From positions 1,914 to 65,913 of the forward strand of contig PGYA01000012.1 in NCBI GenBank assembly GCA_002839435.1: 64,000 nt of DNA, read 5' to 3'. A program made the translations under genes and the position numbers. This DNA comes from Candidatus Riflebacteria bacterium HGW-Riflebacteria-2. Its GTDB lineage: Bacteria; Muiribacteriota; Ozemobacteria; Ozemobacterales; Ozemobacteraceae. Below are positions 7,929-17,833 of this stretch, piece after piece. Under the pieces are notes generated by a model. The model ran no database searches. It worked only from the letters and a program-made list of their open reading frames with translations, and was not told where the DNA came from. Every line of letters starts with the position of its first letter. Position 1 is the stretch's first letter.

Positions 7929-9656
7929 TCATTGCTGCCGTATTTTTCTGAACAAAACAAGCCAGAATCCCGATGCCAGTATGAAAAACAGGTACCCCGT
8001 CATTCTGCCTTTCGGCCTGACTCGATAAAGGTTGAGAGTGCTGTTGCCTTTCGGCAGAGTGATCAGCATAGTTCCGTCATCATGCGGTGCAATCTGCAAA
8101 TTTTGCTGCTGCACCGCACCGGATGAGTCTGTGTCGGTTATTGCCAGGCGCCAGTAAAGGTCATAATGCGTTAGTATGTTAACCGGCATTGCCTGAGTAA
8201 TATTCTCAAACCGGTAATTTGCCCAGCTGTTTCCCGATTCTGCTGGCGAGAAAATTTGCCCGTCAGGTAGAACCCTGAATTGGTGAGGTTGCCCGGAGAA
8301 CTCGCTTAACCCTCTGTATTTGGGCAGAGCGTTTGACAGAAACAGCGGATAGTTGCCTCTTTTCAGATAAACATCGAGCAAACCTTCCGGCCAGGGCTTG
8401 CCGGGCAGCGTGAAGATGGCGATCAGCCAGAGCCATGGCAGAATCATGCTGATAAATATCACGGCTGGTTTCCTGGCAAACAGGGCGTTTAAGCAGCTGC
8501 TGGCACCGGCAAGTGTTACCATCGAAGCAAGAAAAATGACGCGCCAGGGAAACTGAACATAATGTAGTCCTGGCAGAAGATCCCAGAGAAATTTTGATGG
8601 GCTGAAAGCCATCAGCAGCAGTGACAGTCCGGAAAGCAGTAGAGTCTTTTCGTAGCTCGAGGTTTCGTTTTTGAGCAGTGCAAACATGCCAATTCCGAAG
8701 ACCACAATACACAAGAATAAGAGCCATGGCCTGAAGTGCTCAAACCTTGAGCCGGAGTCAAGAAGGTATATGTCCTGGTGATTGGCAGAATCGAAGCTGA
8801 GATAGTTGAATATGAGGCCGAACCCACGGTAAACCGGTCTCGTCATCTGGTTCTCTATGATCAGCGGATTGTCGAGAAATGGTGTGTGTTTTCCACCGGG
8901 CGCCAGATTTGGCATGCAGGCGTCATTGAAGACTGTCTCGCTCATTGTTCCTATTGCCGGCATGATATATGGAGCCGCGAAAAAGAAGGAAAAACCGGCG
9001 GCTGCGAAGATAAGCGCCAGCGGCCGAAATCGCTTTTGCTGAGTATAACGGCAACAGAACAGGCCAAAAATAATGCTGGCGTAGAAAGACAGCAAGGTTG
9101 TCTGTAGATGGGTGTAAGCCATGACTCCAATGGTCAGTGCCAGGATATGCCAGCCATACTTTTCCTGCCTGGCAATTTTCTGCCAGCCGAGAATCACCCA
9201 TGGGAACAGGAAATACGCACAGACGTTCTGAAATTGAAAGGCAAAATGCAAAAAGAGCACGATGAGAGGGTTCGTCAGCATCAGAAGAAGCGCCGGCTTG
9301 AAGCTAAGTCGGCTTTTGTCGGTAAGATACCAGGCTCCCGCAAAACCAAGTAAAAAGAAAAGCAAAACTGTCAGCTTCGCCGCAATATATACAGGTGCAC
9401 CCAGAAACATGAAGAGCATTGCCACGAAAACTGGCAATGGCCCAAGGTAGCGAAAAAGCGGAACGCCACGCCCTTCAAAAGGTACTGCAAACCAGTCAGG
9501 AAAGCCAGGGTCGTCAGCAAAAGCCTGGGTAAAGCCGACACAGGTGCGTAGATGCACGGCGCTTTCAAATGCGTAGGGAAATGGCTGTCGCCAGAAAAAT
9601 GGCAGGAATATCAGCAGAAGGCAGAGCGCCAGCATTGATAGAATGTATTTATTCAT
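7929..9656 (-). CDS. Polytopic membrane protein, putative GT-C-type glycosyltransferase (divergent paralog of the tandem pair)
   Basis: At least 10 predicted TM helices. Shares conserved blocks with the two genes at 9807-13420 (DPGFPDW..GRG loop; FQFQNVCAYFLFPW vs FLFQNLCAYFLSPW). Has an extracytoplasmic C-terminal domain followed by a final TM helix. Confidence 0.55.
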   Translation of the reverse strand: MNKYILSMLALCLLLIFLPFFWRQPFPYAFESAVHLRTCVGFTQAFADDPGFPDWFAVPFEGRGVPLFRYLGPLPVFVAMLFMFLGAPVYIAAKLTVLLFFLLGFAGAWYLTDKSRLSFKPALLLMLTNPLIVLFLHFAFQFQNVCAYFLFPWVILGWQKIARQEKYGWHILALTIGVMAYTHLQTTLLSFYASIIFGLFCCRYTQQKRFRPLALIFAAAGFSFFFAAPYIMPAIGTMSETVFNDACMPNLAPGGKHTPFLDNPLIIENQMTRPVYRGFGLIFNYLSFDSANHQDIYLLDSGSRFEHFRPWLLFLCIVVFGIGMFALLKNETSSYEKTLLLSGLSLLLMAFSPSKFLWDLLPGLHYVQFPWRVIFLASMVTLAGASSCLNALFARKPAVIFISMILPWLWLIAIFTLPGKPWPEGLLDVYLKRGNYPLFLSNALPKYRGLSEFSGQPHQFRVLPDGQIFSPAESGNSWANYRFENITQAMPVNILTHYDLYWRLAITDTDSSGAVQQQNLQIAPHDDGTMLITLPKGNSTLNLYRVRPKGRMTGYLFFILASGFWLVLFRKIRQQ

Positions 9657-9806
9657 GTGGATAAGCTTGAGCAGCGAGGGTTTGCCTTAAAAAGAAACAA
9701 ATTAGGAAGAAATTATAGCAGATAGCTATTATAATAGATAAAAATTTTCAGCGGAAGAATTAAGTTCGTTTTTATAACATGCAAGCAGAATAACAGGGAG
9801 AAAAAT

Positions 9807-11594
9807 TTGCCTGTAAATAACAGGGGTTTCTGGTTGGGTTTTGCCGTGTTGGCCCTCATTCTGGGTCTGGGTTACTGGCTCTGGTTATCTCCGGTTGTTG
9901 GGGCGGCAGATGTTCGCGTTCATGTCCGTTCAGCCTGGGTATATTATGATGGGCTGGTAGATGGGCTTGATTACCCTGACTGGGATGCCACCGCCTACGG
10001 TGGACGTGGCAACCCGGCGCCGCGATTTATTGGGGCAGCGCCGCTTCTTTTTGCTTCCTTTCTGCAGATCTTTGGAATTGCGGCACTGGCAGCGGTTAAA
10101 ATTGTGGTTGCAATGTTTGCTCTGCTTGGCCTGGCCGGTGTCTATTTCTGGCTTGTCTCTATTGGCTCCGCTACAGCGTTTCCGTGGGCGGCATTGTTTT
10201 TTATGGTTCATCCGCTGGTCAGTTTTCATCTGGGCGTGGCTTTTCTTTTTCAGAATCTATGTGCATATTTTTTATCGCCGTGGCTATGGTGCGCGGCCGT
10301 GGCGGTCTGGCGGGGAGATCGCCGGGCTTATATGTTTGGCGGTCTGGCAATGGGTTTTATTGCCTGGTCACATCTTTACTTTGCTTTTATGGTTGGCTGC
10401 GCCTGGGTTTTGCTCATGTTGGTCAGCTGGCTTAAAACCAGGCAGCGCCGCTTCTTAACGGCTACTTTTCTTGTGCCTGTTCTGGCTATGATGTTTTCCG
10501 CTCCATATCTGCTGCCGGCAATGTTGACCAGTGGCGATGTGTATTACGAAGAAGTTTCGAAAGTTCTGCGCCCGGGTCGGCCAGGCTGTGAATTTATAGA
10601 TGAGCCGGTTGTTAATGATAAAAATCAGGTTTTATCATGGTGGCAGGCCTTGCAGGAGTTGACAAGATCCCCTGAAGAAGGTTTGCCCGCCCACCTGAGA
10701 AATACAGGCCAAGTAACTTCAATTTTGCAGATGAAATCATCAGAAAACCGATTGAAGGCTTTGCGGCCCTGGCTATTACTCTGTCTTATGTTGTGTTTTA
10801 TTCTTGCCTGCGTCGGCAGCTTGCGGCGTGATATCGTTGATAAAGAAAGCCCCGTGCCCTTATGGATTTGGCTTTTTGTCGGTAGTTGCTGTGCCTTTAT
10901 GAGTCTGCGATTCGCTTTTGTGATTTACTCTGTGCTGCCTGGCGCGATGGCTGTTCAATTTCCTTTCCGCTGGCTGCTGCCGGCCTTCGGTCTCTGGATT
11001 CCTCTGATAGCCGCCGGTGTGATGCCAGCGAATGTGGCAATTACTTCGGGATTTCGCGGCCAATTCATGGCATGGTTTTCGAGATTCTTTCTGGTGATAT
11101 TTTTACTGCTGGGAGTGCTTTTGCAGAGTCTGTTCTGGGTTCTTCCAGATGATTCCATGAAAAGCTTTTTTGCGGCACCTGGTCACCTGGCTCCATTTTA
11201 CCCGCGTGCTGTTCCGAAAACACGCGATGTCCCCGCTGTGGCCGGAGTTCCTCATCTTATCGATATCGCCTCGGGAAGCGGTGTCATTACCGGTTATCAG
11301 GCCGGCGTTGCCTGGTTCGAGGCACGGGGTGAAGCGCAGACGCCAATAGAACTGCATATAAATACTCATTATGACCCGGGCTGGCGCTTTACCAATTTAC
11401 GCACAGGTTCTGTTAAACCTCGTGTCGATGAGAAAGATGGAACCATGTTGTTGCATATTCCGGCTGGCAGCTGGTTTCTGACGATGGAACGGGCCTCGCC
11501 CAGGGGCAGATCGATCGGCTGGTTACTGATGCTTGTTTCTCTTTTTATAATGGCATTTTCTGCCAGGCAAGGCAGTAGACATGAGGATTGTTGA
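9807..11594 (+). CDS. Polytopic membrane protein, putative GT-C-type glycosyltransferase (tandem paralog 1)
   Basis: TTG start with a GGGAGA RBS. Conserved loop DGLDYPDWDATAYGGRGNPAPRF, multiple TM helices, a C-terminal beta-rich domain (INTHYDPGWRF) and a terminal TM helix. Confidence 0.6.
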   Translation: MPVNNRGFWLGFAVLALILGLGYWLWLSPVVGAADVRVHVRSAWVYYDGLVDGLDYPDWDATAYGGRGNPAPRFIGAAPLLFASFLQIFGIAALAAVKIVVAMFALLGLAGVYFWLVSIGSATAFPWAALFFMVHPLVSFHLGVAFLFQNLCAYFLSPWLWCAAVAVWRGDRRAYMFGGLAMGFIAWSHLYFAFMVGCAWVLLMLVSWLKTRQRRFLTATFLVPVLAMMFSAPYLLPAMLTSGDVYYEEVSKVLRPGRPGCEFIDEPVVNDKNQVLSWWQALQELTRSPEEGLPAHLRNTGQVTSILQMKSSENRLKALRPWLLLCLMLCFILACVGSLRRDIVDKESPVPLWIWLFVGSCCAFMSLRFAFVIYSVLPGAMAVQFPFRWLLPAFGLWIPLIAAGVMPANVAITSGFRGQFMAWFSRFFLVIFLLLGVLLQSLFWVLPDDSMKSFFAAPGHLAPFYPRAVPKTRDVPAVAGVPHLIDIASGSGVITGYQAGVAWFEARGEAQTPIELHINTHYDPGWRFTNLRTGSVKPRVDEKDGTMLLHIPAGSWFLTMERASPRGRSIGWLLMLVSLFIMAFSARQGSRHEDC

Positions 11595-11602
11595 GAACAA
11601 CT

Positions 11603-13420
11603 ATGCCGGCAGGTAGCAAACGGATCTGGTTCGCTTTTGCCGTTATCTCGCTGCTTATGGGGCTGGGATACTGGTTGTGGCTCTCGCCTATTGCCGGAGC
11701 GTTGGACATTCACGTTCATATCCGCTCAGCCTGGGTTTTTTATATGGGCCTGGCGGATGGCCTGAGCTACCCTGACTGGGATGCCACTGCCTACGGTGGT
11801 CGTGGCAACTCAATGCCACGCTTCCTTGGGCCATTACCACTGGTTGTGGCGTCATTCTTTCAATTGATGGGAATTGAAGTAGTGCTGGCAGTTAAAATTC
11901 TGGTTGTACTCTTTGCTGTGCTGGGTTTGCTTGGTGTTTATTACTGGCTTGCCTCTATTGGTCTTGCCAGAACTTTTCCGTGGGCGGCACTGTTTTTTAT
12001 GGTCAACCCGCTGATCAGTTTTCATCTGGGCGTGGCGTTTTTTTTCCAGAATCTGTGTGCCTATTTTTTGTCGCCGTGGCTCTGGTATGCTGCCGTTATG
12101 GTGTGGCGAAAAGAGCGCCGGGCCATTACTGCCGGAGCTCTGGTTTTAGGTTTTATCGCTTTGTCGCACCTTTACTTTGCCTTGATGGTAGGATATGCCT
12201 GGTTCTTGTTGATGCTGATAAGCTGGCTGAAACTCAGAGAGCGGCGTTTCTGGATAGCGGCGTTAGCTGTCCCTGTACTTGCCATGCTTGTTGCGGCTCC
12301 CTATATTTTACCGGCAATGCTTACCAGCAGTGAAGTTTACTACGCAGAAGTCGCTCAAATTTTACGTCCGGGGCAGCGGGTGCTTGGGTGTGAATTCATT
12401 GACGATCCGGTTCTTGATGAAAAAAAGAACGCTTTGCCCTGGCATCAGGCATTGTTTGAGCTGACAAAATCACCAGATGACGTATCATCGCCGGATATGA
12501 ATAGCACAGATGAAATTATGTCGCTTCTGCAGGTTATTTCATCAGAGCATCAGCTGCATATTCTACGCCCCTGGCTTTTACTCAGTCTTGTTCTGTGTTT
12601 TATTCTCGCCTGTGCCGGCAGTTTGCGGCAGGATGCCGTTGTTGACAAAAGCCATATTCCGTTGTGGATGTGGCTTTTCGTCGGTGGGTGCTGTGCCATA
12701 ATGAGTCTTCGCTTTTCTTACGGCATTTATTCCATACTGCCGGGGGCAATGGCTGTTCAATTCCCTTTTCGCTGGCTGTTGCCGGCCTTTGGGCTTTGGC
12801 TTCCGCTGGCAGGTGTGGCGGCTGGTTTCTTAGATACTGCCAGCTTTCGTTTAAAGCTTATTGTCTGGGTGGCAAGAATTTTGTTCCTGGTGATACTGCT
12901 GCTGGGGCTCGGGTTTCAGGGCTTCTTCTGGGCTCTTCCTGATGCTTCTTTGAAAAGTTCTTTTGCCGCTCCCGGCTATCTCGAGCCATTTTGCCCCCGC
13001 TCCGTCCCCAAAATGCGTGGAGTTCCTTATGTGGCTGGTGTTCCACATCGTATTCATATTGCTTCCGGCAGCGGAGTCATAACAGACTACCAGTCAGGCG
13101 TCGCATGGCTGCAGGCACAAGGCGATGCGCATACACCAGTTGAGCTTCATATCAATACTCATTATGACCCCGGCTGGAGACTTACCATGTCTAGCACTGG
13201 CCCGATTCAGCCTATTGTCAACAAAAACGATGGTACCATGCTGTTAAAGATTCCGGCTGGTGCCTGGCAGCTGACGATGGAAAGGGCATCGCCGGCAGGT
13301 CGAACGATCGGCTGGCTGCTGATGCTTCTATCTCTTTTAATCATGTTTCTTTCTTCCAGGCCGAAGCAGCGCGATAGGACAGAACTTACGCTCATGAAAA
13401 ACCCGCCTGCGCCCTTATGA
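11603..13420 (+). CDS. Polytopic membrane protein, putative GT-C-type glycosyltransferase (tandem paralog 2)
   Basis: More than 55% identical by eye to 9807-11594 over its full length (DGLSYPDWDATAYGGRGNSMPRF; INTHYDPGWRL). ATG at 11603, 8 nt after the upstream stop. The tracker start at 11588 is a TTG overlapping the upstream gene. Confidence 0.6.
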   Translation: MPAGSKRIWFAFAVISLLMGLGYWLWLSPIAGALDIHVHIRSAWVFYMGLADGLSYPDWDATAYGGRGNSMPRFLGPLPLVVASFFQLMGIEVVLAVKILVVLFAVLGLLGVYYWLASIGLARTFPWAALFFMVNPLISFHLGVAFFFQNLCAYFLSPWLWYAAVMVWRKERRAITAGALVLGFIALSHLYFALMVGYAWFLLMLISWLKLRERRFWIAALAVPVLAMLVAAPYILPAMLTSSEVYYAEVAQILRPGQRVLGCEFIDDPVLDEKKNALPWHQALFELTKSPDDVSSPDMNSTDEIMSLLQVISSEHQLHILRPWLLLSLVLCFILACAGSLRQDAVVDKSHIPLWMWLFVGGCCAIMSLRFSYGIYSILPGAMAVQFPFRWLLPAFGLWLPLAGVAAGFLDTASFRLKLIVWVARILFLVILLLGLGFQGFFWALPDASLKSSFAAPGYLEPFCPRSVPKMRGVPYVAGVPHRIHIASGSGVITDYQSGVAWLQAQGDAHTPVELHINTHYDPGWRLTMSSTGPIQPIVNKNDGTMLLKIPAGAWQLTMERASPAGRTIGWLLMLLSLLIMFLSSRPKQRDRTELTLMKNPPAPL

Positions 13421-13539
13421 AGCGAATCTCATCCAAAACTGAATTGTTATATAGAGCCCGCCAACCTGTTTGACTCGCCTGGTTATCTGTGCTAGATTTT
13501 GTCTGAATCCTGATTCTGCATAAACGAATTGAAGGCATT

Positions 13540-14439
13540 ATGAATAGAAAGACTGAAATTGAAAAAAGAGGAATCTCGATCGTTATTCCGGCATATAACG
13601 AAGAGCATTCAATCGCTGGAACTGTCGAACATACTTACGCTGTTCTTTCTTCCTACCCAGGGTTGCCTTTTGAGATCATCGTGGTTGACGATGGTTCAAC
13701 CGATAACACTGCGGCTAACGCTCCCATAGAAAAATGTATTCTCTATCAGCACCCCAAAAACTACGGATATGGGCGCACTTTATTGCTTGGCGTCGGCAAG
13801 GCGCGCTATCCATTTGTCGGCATCATCGACGCAGATAACACCTATAATCCAGAGATTTTCCGGCAGATGATACCGTTGATGGATATTTACGACATGGTCA
13901 TCGGCGCCCGGCAGATCAAAGATCAGACCGTGGTTGTTAAGATTTTGCGAAGGCTGTTGAAGTTTCTGCTTTATTTCTTTTGCGAGCACGTATCTCTCGA
14001 CCCGAACAGTGGCATCAGAATTTTCAAGAGAGCTCTGGTAGAGCAGGGTGGTCACCTTTTCAGCAAAGGGTTCTCCTTTTCGACATCTTTAACCTTTTTT
14101 GCCGCACTCAATCATCGTTTTATCGAATACATTCCGATCGAATATGGAGAACGAACAGGTGTTTCCAAAGTGAAGCATCTTAGAGACTCTATCAGGACTT
14201 TTCTTCTGATAGTCAGCATGTCGTTGATTTACCGCCCGGTCAAGTGCTTTTCAAGTCTTCTTCTGGTTTTTGCGGCAGGTGTAAGCACGCTGGCATCTTT
14301 TAAAGGAAAAATGGAACGAGAGACGTTTCTGGGGTTCATATTCTCTCTTGGGATCGGGGTTCTTACCCTGGCAGTCGCATTTTTAGCATTCATTCAAGGA
14401 AAGATGTATGAACACACCTTATCAGGACCAAGGACCTGA
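13540..14439 (+). CDS. GT2-family glycosyltransferase, polyprenyl-phosphate sugar synthase (DPM1/ArnC-like) with C-terminal TM helices
   Basis: ISIVIPAYNEE...VVDDGSTDNT and a DAD motif. Two C-terminal TM helices. Confidence 0.85.
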   Translation: MNRKTEIEKRGISIVIPAYNEEHSIAGTVEHTYAVLSSYPGLPFEIIVVDDGSTDNTAANAPIEKCILYQHPKNYGYGRTLLLGVGKARYPFVGIIDADNTYNPEIFRQMIPLMDIYDMVIGARQIKDQTVVVKILRRLLKFLLYFFCEHVSLDPNSGIRIFKRALVEQGGHLFSKGFSFSTSLTFFAALNHRFIEYIPIEYGERTGVSKVKHLRDSIRTFLLIVSMSLIYRPVKCFSSLLLVFAAGVSTLASFKGKMERETFLGFIFSLGIGVLTLAVAFLAFIQGKMYEHTLSGPRT

Positions 14440-15952
14440 CAAACCACTTGTAATTCTGATTCAGCCGCAGATGGGACTCTCCGGCGATTTTTCCCGACAT
14501 CTTCCTCTGAGCCTGTTATACGTGGCCGCGCCTCTGACAAAGATGTCAGTAGATATCGAGATTCTCGATACAAGAGTGCTGGAGGGAAACTGGCGCGAGG
14601 CCCTGCAGAAACTTTTACGGCGTAAGCCGATCTGGGTAGGGTTTACGGTTATGGCCGGGTACCCGGTCGCCCATTCACTCGAGATATCGAGATTTATCAA
14701 AAAGCATTCAGACAGTAGAATCGTCTGGGGCGGGGCAATGCCGACTACCGATGCAGTCTCGTGCCTGAGCGAGAATTCGGTTGATTTTGCGGTTGCCGGC
14801 AGTGGGATAGACGCTACCAGGCTGCTCACAGAAGCTATTTTGCAGGGGCAGACCGACAATAAAGACCTTCTCGGCAAAATTCCCGGTCTGGCCTATAAAA
14901 TAGCCGGCGAGCATTTTTTTAACGGCAGATATCATGGTTTTGAGCACGTTACCTATCGCGATCTGCCATATCATCTGATCAGAGATTATTCAGTCTACGG
15001 CCAGATCGGTTCGAAAGACCGTGTTTTCCCTATTTATAGTGCTTATGGCTGCCCGTACCGCTGTGCTTTCTGTATTTCGCCGGCCTTGTATCGTGAATTT
15101 TCACCCAAGTGGGTTCCTGTGGCCATAGAAGAGGTTGTCGATCACATTGCTTTTCTGCAGAGCAAATATGGCGCGACCAACATTTATTTTTACGATGACG
15201 ACTCTTTCGTTAATATTGAACATGTCAGAGCCATCGCCAACTCATTGAAACGTCGAAACATGCATGTTAAGCTGAGTTTTCGCGGCGCCCGCGTCGATGA
15301 AATCAAGCGCATGGACGATGCTTTTCTCGATCTGCTCAGCGAAACTGGGACAGAAATGCTGCATATCGGCGTTGAGTCAGGTAGTCAGAGAGTTCTCGAT
15401 CTTTTCCAAAAGGGAATAACCGTCGCGGATATTATCGAGATCAATCGCAAGCTGGCCAGGCACAAGAAGTTGCTTGCTGCCTACAACTGGATCATCGGCA
15501 CTCCCACCGAAACCATCGCAGAGATCAGACAGACAACCAGGCTTTTGACATTGCTTATCAAAGAGAATCCGCGTTGCTTTATTTTTCAGCCTAATATTTT
15601 CAGGGTCGTTCCCGGATCGGTTCTTGGTGAGACAGCAAAATCCATGGGTTACCGGTCTCCGGCAAATCTTGATGAATGGATAACTGCTGAAATTGAACAG
15701 AATATTTCTTCGCCATGGCTTTCTGATGAAGTGAAGAAGCTTATTGAAATGCTTCAGGTAGTTGCCTATTTTGTTGACGAAAAGGCGGCGCTGCTTTTAC
15801 AGACAGGGTCGATAAAAGATCGTCTGATCAAGTTCGCGTCAAAACTATATCAACCTCTGGCCAGATTCCGTTTTAAAAGCGGCTTCTCAGGCCTGCTGAT
15901 CGAAGCCAGACTCTTTTTTCTTGCACAAAAGCTGCTCAAATGGTGGCGCTAA
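14408..15952 (+). CDS. B12-binding-domain radical SAM enzyme (class B rSAM)
   Basis: Cobalamin-binding-like N-terminal domain, then the CxxxCxxC radical-SAM cluster motif in YSAYGCPYRCAFC. Overlaps the GT2 stop. Confidence 0.8.
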   Translation: MNTPYQDQGPDKPLVILIQPQMGLSGDFSRHLPLSLLYVAAPLTKMSVDIEILDTRVLEGNWREALQKLLRRKPIWVGFTVMAGYPVAHSLEISRFIKKHSDSRIVWGGAMPTTDAVSCLSENSVDFAVAGSGIDATRLLTEAILQGQTDNKDLLGKIPGLAYKIAGEHFFNGRYHGFEHVTYRDLPYHLIRDYSVYGQIGSKDRVFPIYSAYGCPYRCAFCISPALYREFSPKWVPVAIEEVVDHIAFLQSKYGATNIYFYDDDSFVNIEHVRAIANSLKRRNMHVKLSFRGARVDEIKRMDDAFLDLLSETGTEMLHIGVESGSQRVLDLFQKGITVADIIEINRKLARHKKLLAAYNWIIGTPTETIAEIRQTTRLLTLLIKENPRCFIFQPNIFRVVPGSVLGETAKSMGYRSPANLDEWITAEIEQNISSPWLSDEVKKLIEMLQVVAYFVDEKAALLLQTGSIKDRLIKFASKLYQPLARFRFKSGFSGLLIEARLFFLAQKLLKWWR

Positions 15953-15955
15953 GAA

Positions 15956-17833
15956 ATGTGCGGAATATGCGGTTTTATCCGCTCCGAGCCGCGCCAGGGC
16001 AATGACCTGGTAATAAAAGCGATGGCCGCGACTATTTGGCATCGCGGCAACGAAGCCAGTGGTGTTTTTGTTGAACCAGAACTGGCGTTTGGGCATCAGC
16101 GCCTGTCAATTCTCGATCTCGATGCCAGATCGAATCAGCCGATGGTTTCTGGCAATAAGAGATTCGTAATTACCTTTAATGGTGAGATTTATAATTTCCG
16201 TGAGTTAAGGTCGCGACTGCACGGGAAGTCTTTACATACAACATCTGATACCGAAGTCTTGCTCGAACTCTGGGCGCAATACGGGCCTGCCTGTCTGGCT
16301 GATCTCAATGGCATGTTTGCTTTCGCGGTTTACGACAGAGCGCTTAAAGAGCTTTATTGTGTAAGAGACCGCCTTGGTATAAAGCCTCTCGTCTACTGGG
16401 GGAACGGCAGTAATTTTGCTTTTGCATCTGAAGCCAAGGCTTTGCTCAAATATCCAGACTGTAGCAACCAGATCGATTACGCCGCCCTCTCAGATTATCT
16501 GTCGCTTGGCTATATTACCGGTGAAGCAACTATATATGCCGGGATGCAGAAGCTTTCACCCGGGCATTATCTCAAGATTGCCAACGGAAAAGTCAGGAAA
16601 ATATGTTACTGGGATATTGCGCAGAAGCTTGGATCTGCCAGAGAAAACGCGGCTGGCGATGAAATTATGTCGTTGCTTGAATCGGCGGTTAAGTATCGTC
16701 TGATCAGCGATGTGCCGGTCGGCTCATTTTTGAGCGGTGGCATCGACTCGGCTGCGGTGACAACGCTTGCCGCACGGCACTGTTCTGATATTCAGACGTT
16801 CACCATCGGATTTAATGAAGCTTCTTTTGATGAATCTGCCAATGCCGCAGAATTATCAAAAAGTCTTGGTCTGCCCAATCATGTTGATTTTTTTAATGAG
16901 CCGGATCTGGCATTTTTACAGCATCTGGTAAAATACTTTGACCAGCCGTTTGCAGATACTTCAGCTCTGCCTTTCTTTCAGTTATGCAGTAATACCAGTC
17001 GCAATATCAAAACGGTCATGTGCGGCGACGGCGGCGATGAACTTTTTGCCGGCTATGAGACGCGCCGGGCCGATCTTTTTGCCCTGGCCGGCTATCGCAA
17101 TTTCCCATTCTGGAATGGTTTTTTGCAATTGGCTTCTCGGCTGGTCAACCTGATACCGGCAGACCGCGGCAAGGTATCGATGCATTATAAGGTGCGGCAG
17201 TTTTGCGAATTTGCGCATCTACCACCGCCGCAAAGCCATTTTTCATGGCGTTTGCTGTTTAATGAGGATGAGAAAAGAACTCTTCTGGGCGCGCAGATTA
17301 ACGAACAGCTGAAAAATCACCAAACCTGGAATAACTATGCCAGCCTTTTCGCAAAAGTTGAAAAGTTGCCGATGCTGCAGCAGCAGGCTATTGTCGATCT
17401 GCAGACCTGGCTTGCCGACGATATTCTGTACAAAGCTGACCAGGCTTCCATGGCTCATACTCTGGAAGTGAGGGCGCCATTCCTTGATTACCGACTGGTT
17501 GAGGCGGCTTTTGCAATTCCAGAAAAGCTTAAGTTCAATGCGCGTACTACCAAGACCTTATTGCGGCGGAAATTGTCTGCCATACTGCCGGCGCATGTTC
17601 TGAAAAGAAAGAAGGAAGGTTTTGGCAGTCCGGTATCGATATGGCTCGAGGGCCGGCTTGCAGAAAATTTTCTCGACAGCATGCATGATCGTCAGTTTAA
17701 AGAAGTTTTTCCTGATACAGCCGGCATTGTGAAGCTGTATGACGAGCATTGTGCCCGTAAAAGGGACAATGGCTACCGTTTATGGGCGTTATTCATGTTT
17801 GCGCTCTGGCAAAAGGAGTGGCAGCAATCTTGA
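15956..17833 (+). CDS. Asparagine synthetase (glutamine-hydrolysing) family amidotransferase
   Basis: N-terminal MCGICGF nucleophile and an SGGIDS PP-loop. 625 aa. Sits in a glycan cluster, so a sugar or glycan amidotransferase role (WbpS-like) is as likely as housekeeping AsnB. Confidence 0.85.
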   Translation: MCGICGFIRSEPRQGNDLVIKAMAATIWHRGNEASGVFVEPELAFGHQRLSILDLDARSNQPMVSGNKRFVITFNGEIYNFRELRSRLHGKSLHTTSDTEVLLELWAQYGPACLADLNGMFAFAVYDRALKELYCVRDRLGIKPLVYWGNGSNFAFASEAKALLKYPDCSNQIDYAALSDYLSLGYITGEATIYAGMQKLSPGHYLKIANGKVRKICYWDIAQKLGSARENAAGDEIMSLLESAVKYRLISDVPVGSFLSGGIDSAAVTTLAARHCSDIQTFTIGFNEASFDESANAAELSKSLGLPNHVDFFNEPDLAFLQHLVKYFDQPFADTSALPFFQLCSNTSRNIKTVMCGDGGDELFAGYETRRADLFALAGYRNFPFWNGFLQLASRLVNLIPADRGKVSMHYKVRQFCEFAHLPPPQSHFSWRLLFNEDEKRTLLGAQINEQLKNHQTWNNYASLFAKVEKLPMLQQQAIVDLQTWLADDILYKADQASMAHTLEVRAPFLDYRLVEAAFAIPEKLKFNARTTKTLLRRKLSAILPAHVLKRKKEGFGSPVSIWLEGRLAENFLDSMHDRQFKEVFPDTAGIVKLYDEHCARKRDNGYRLWALFMFALWQKEWQQS

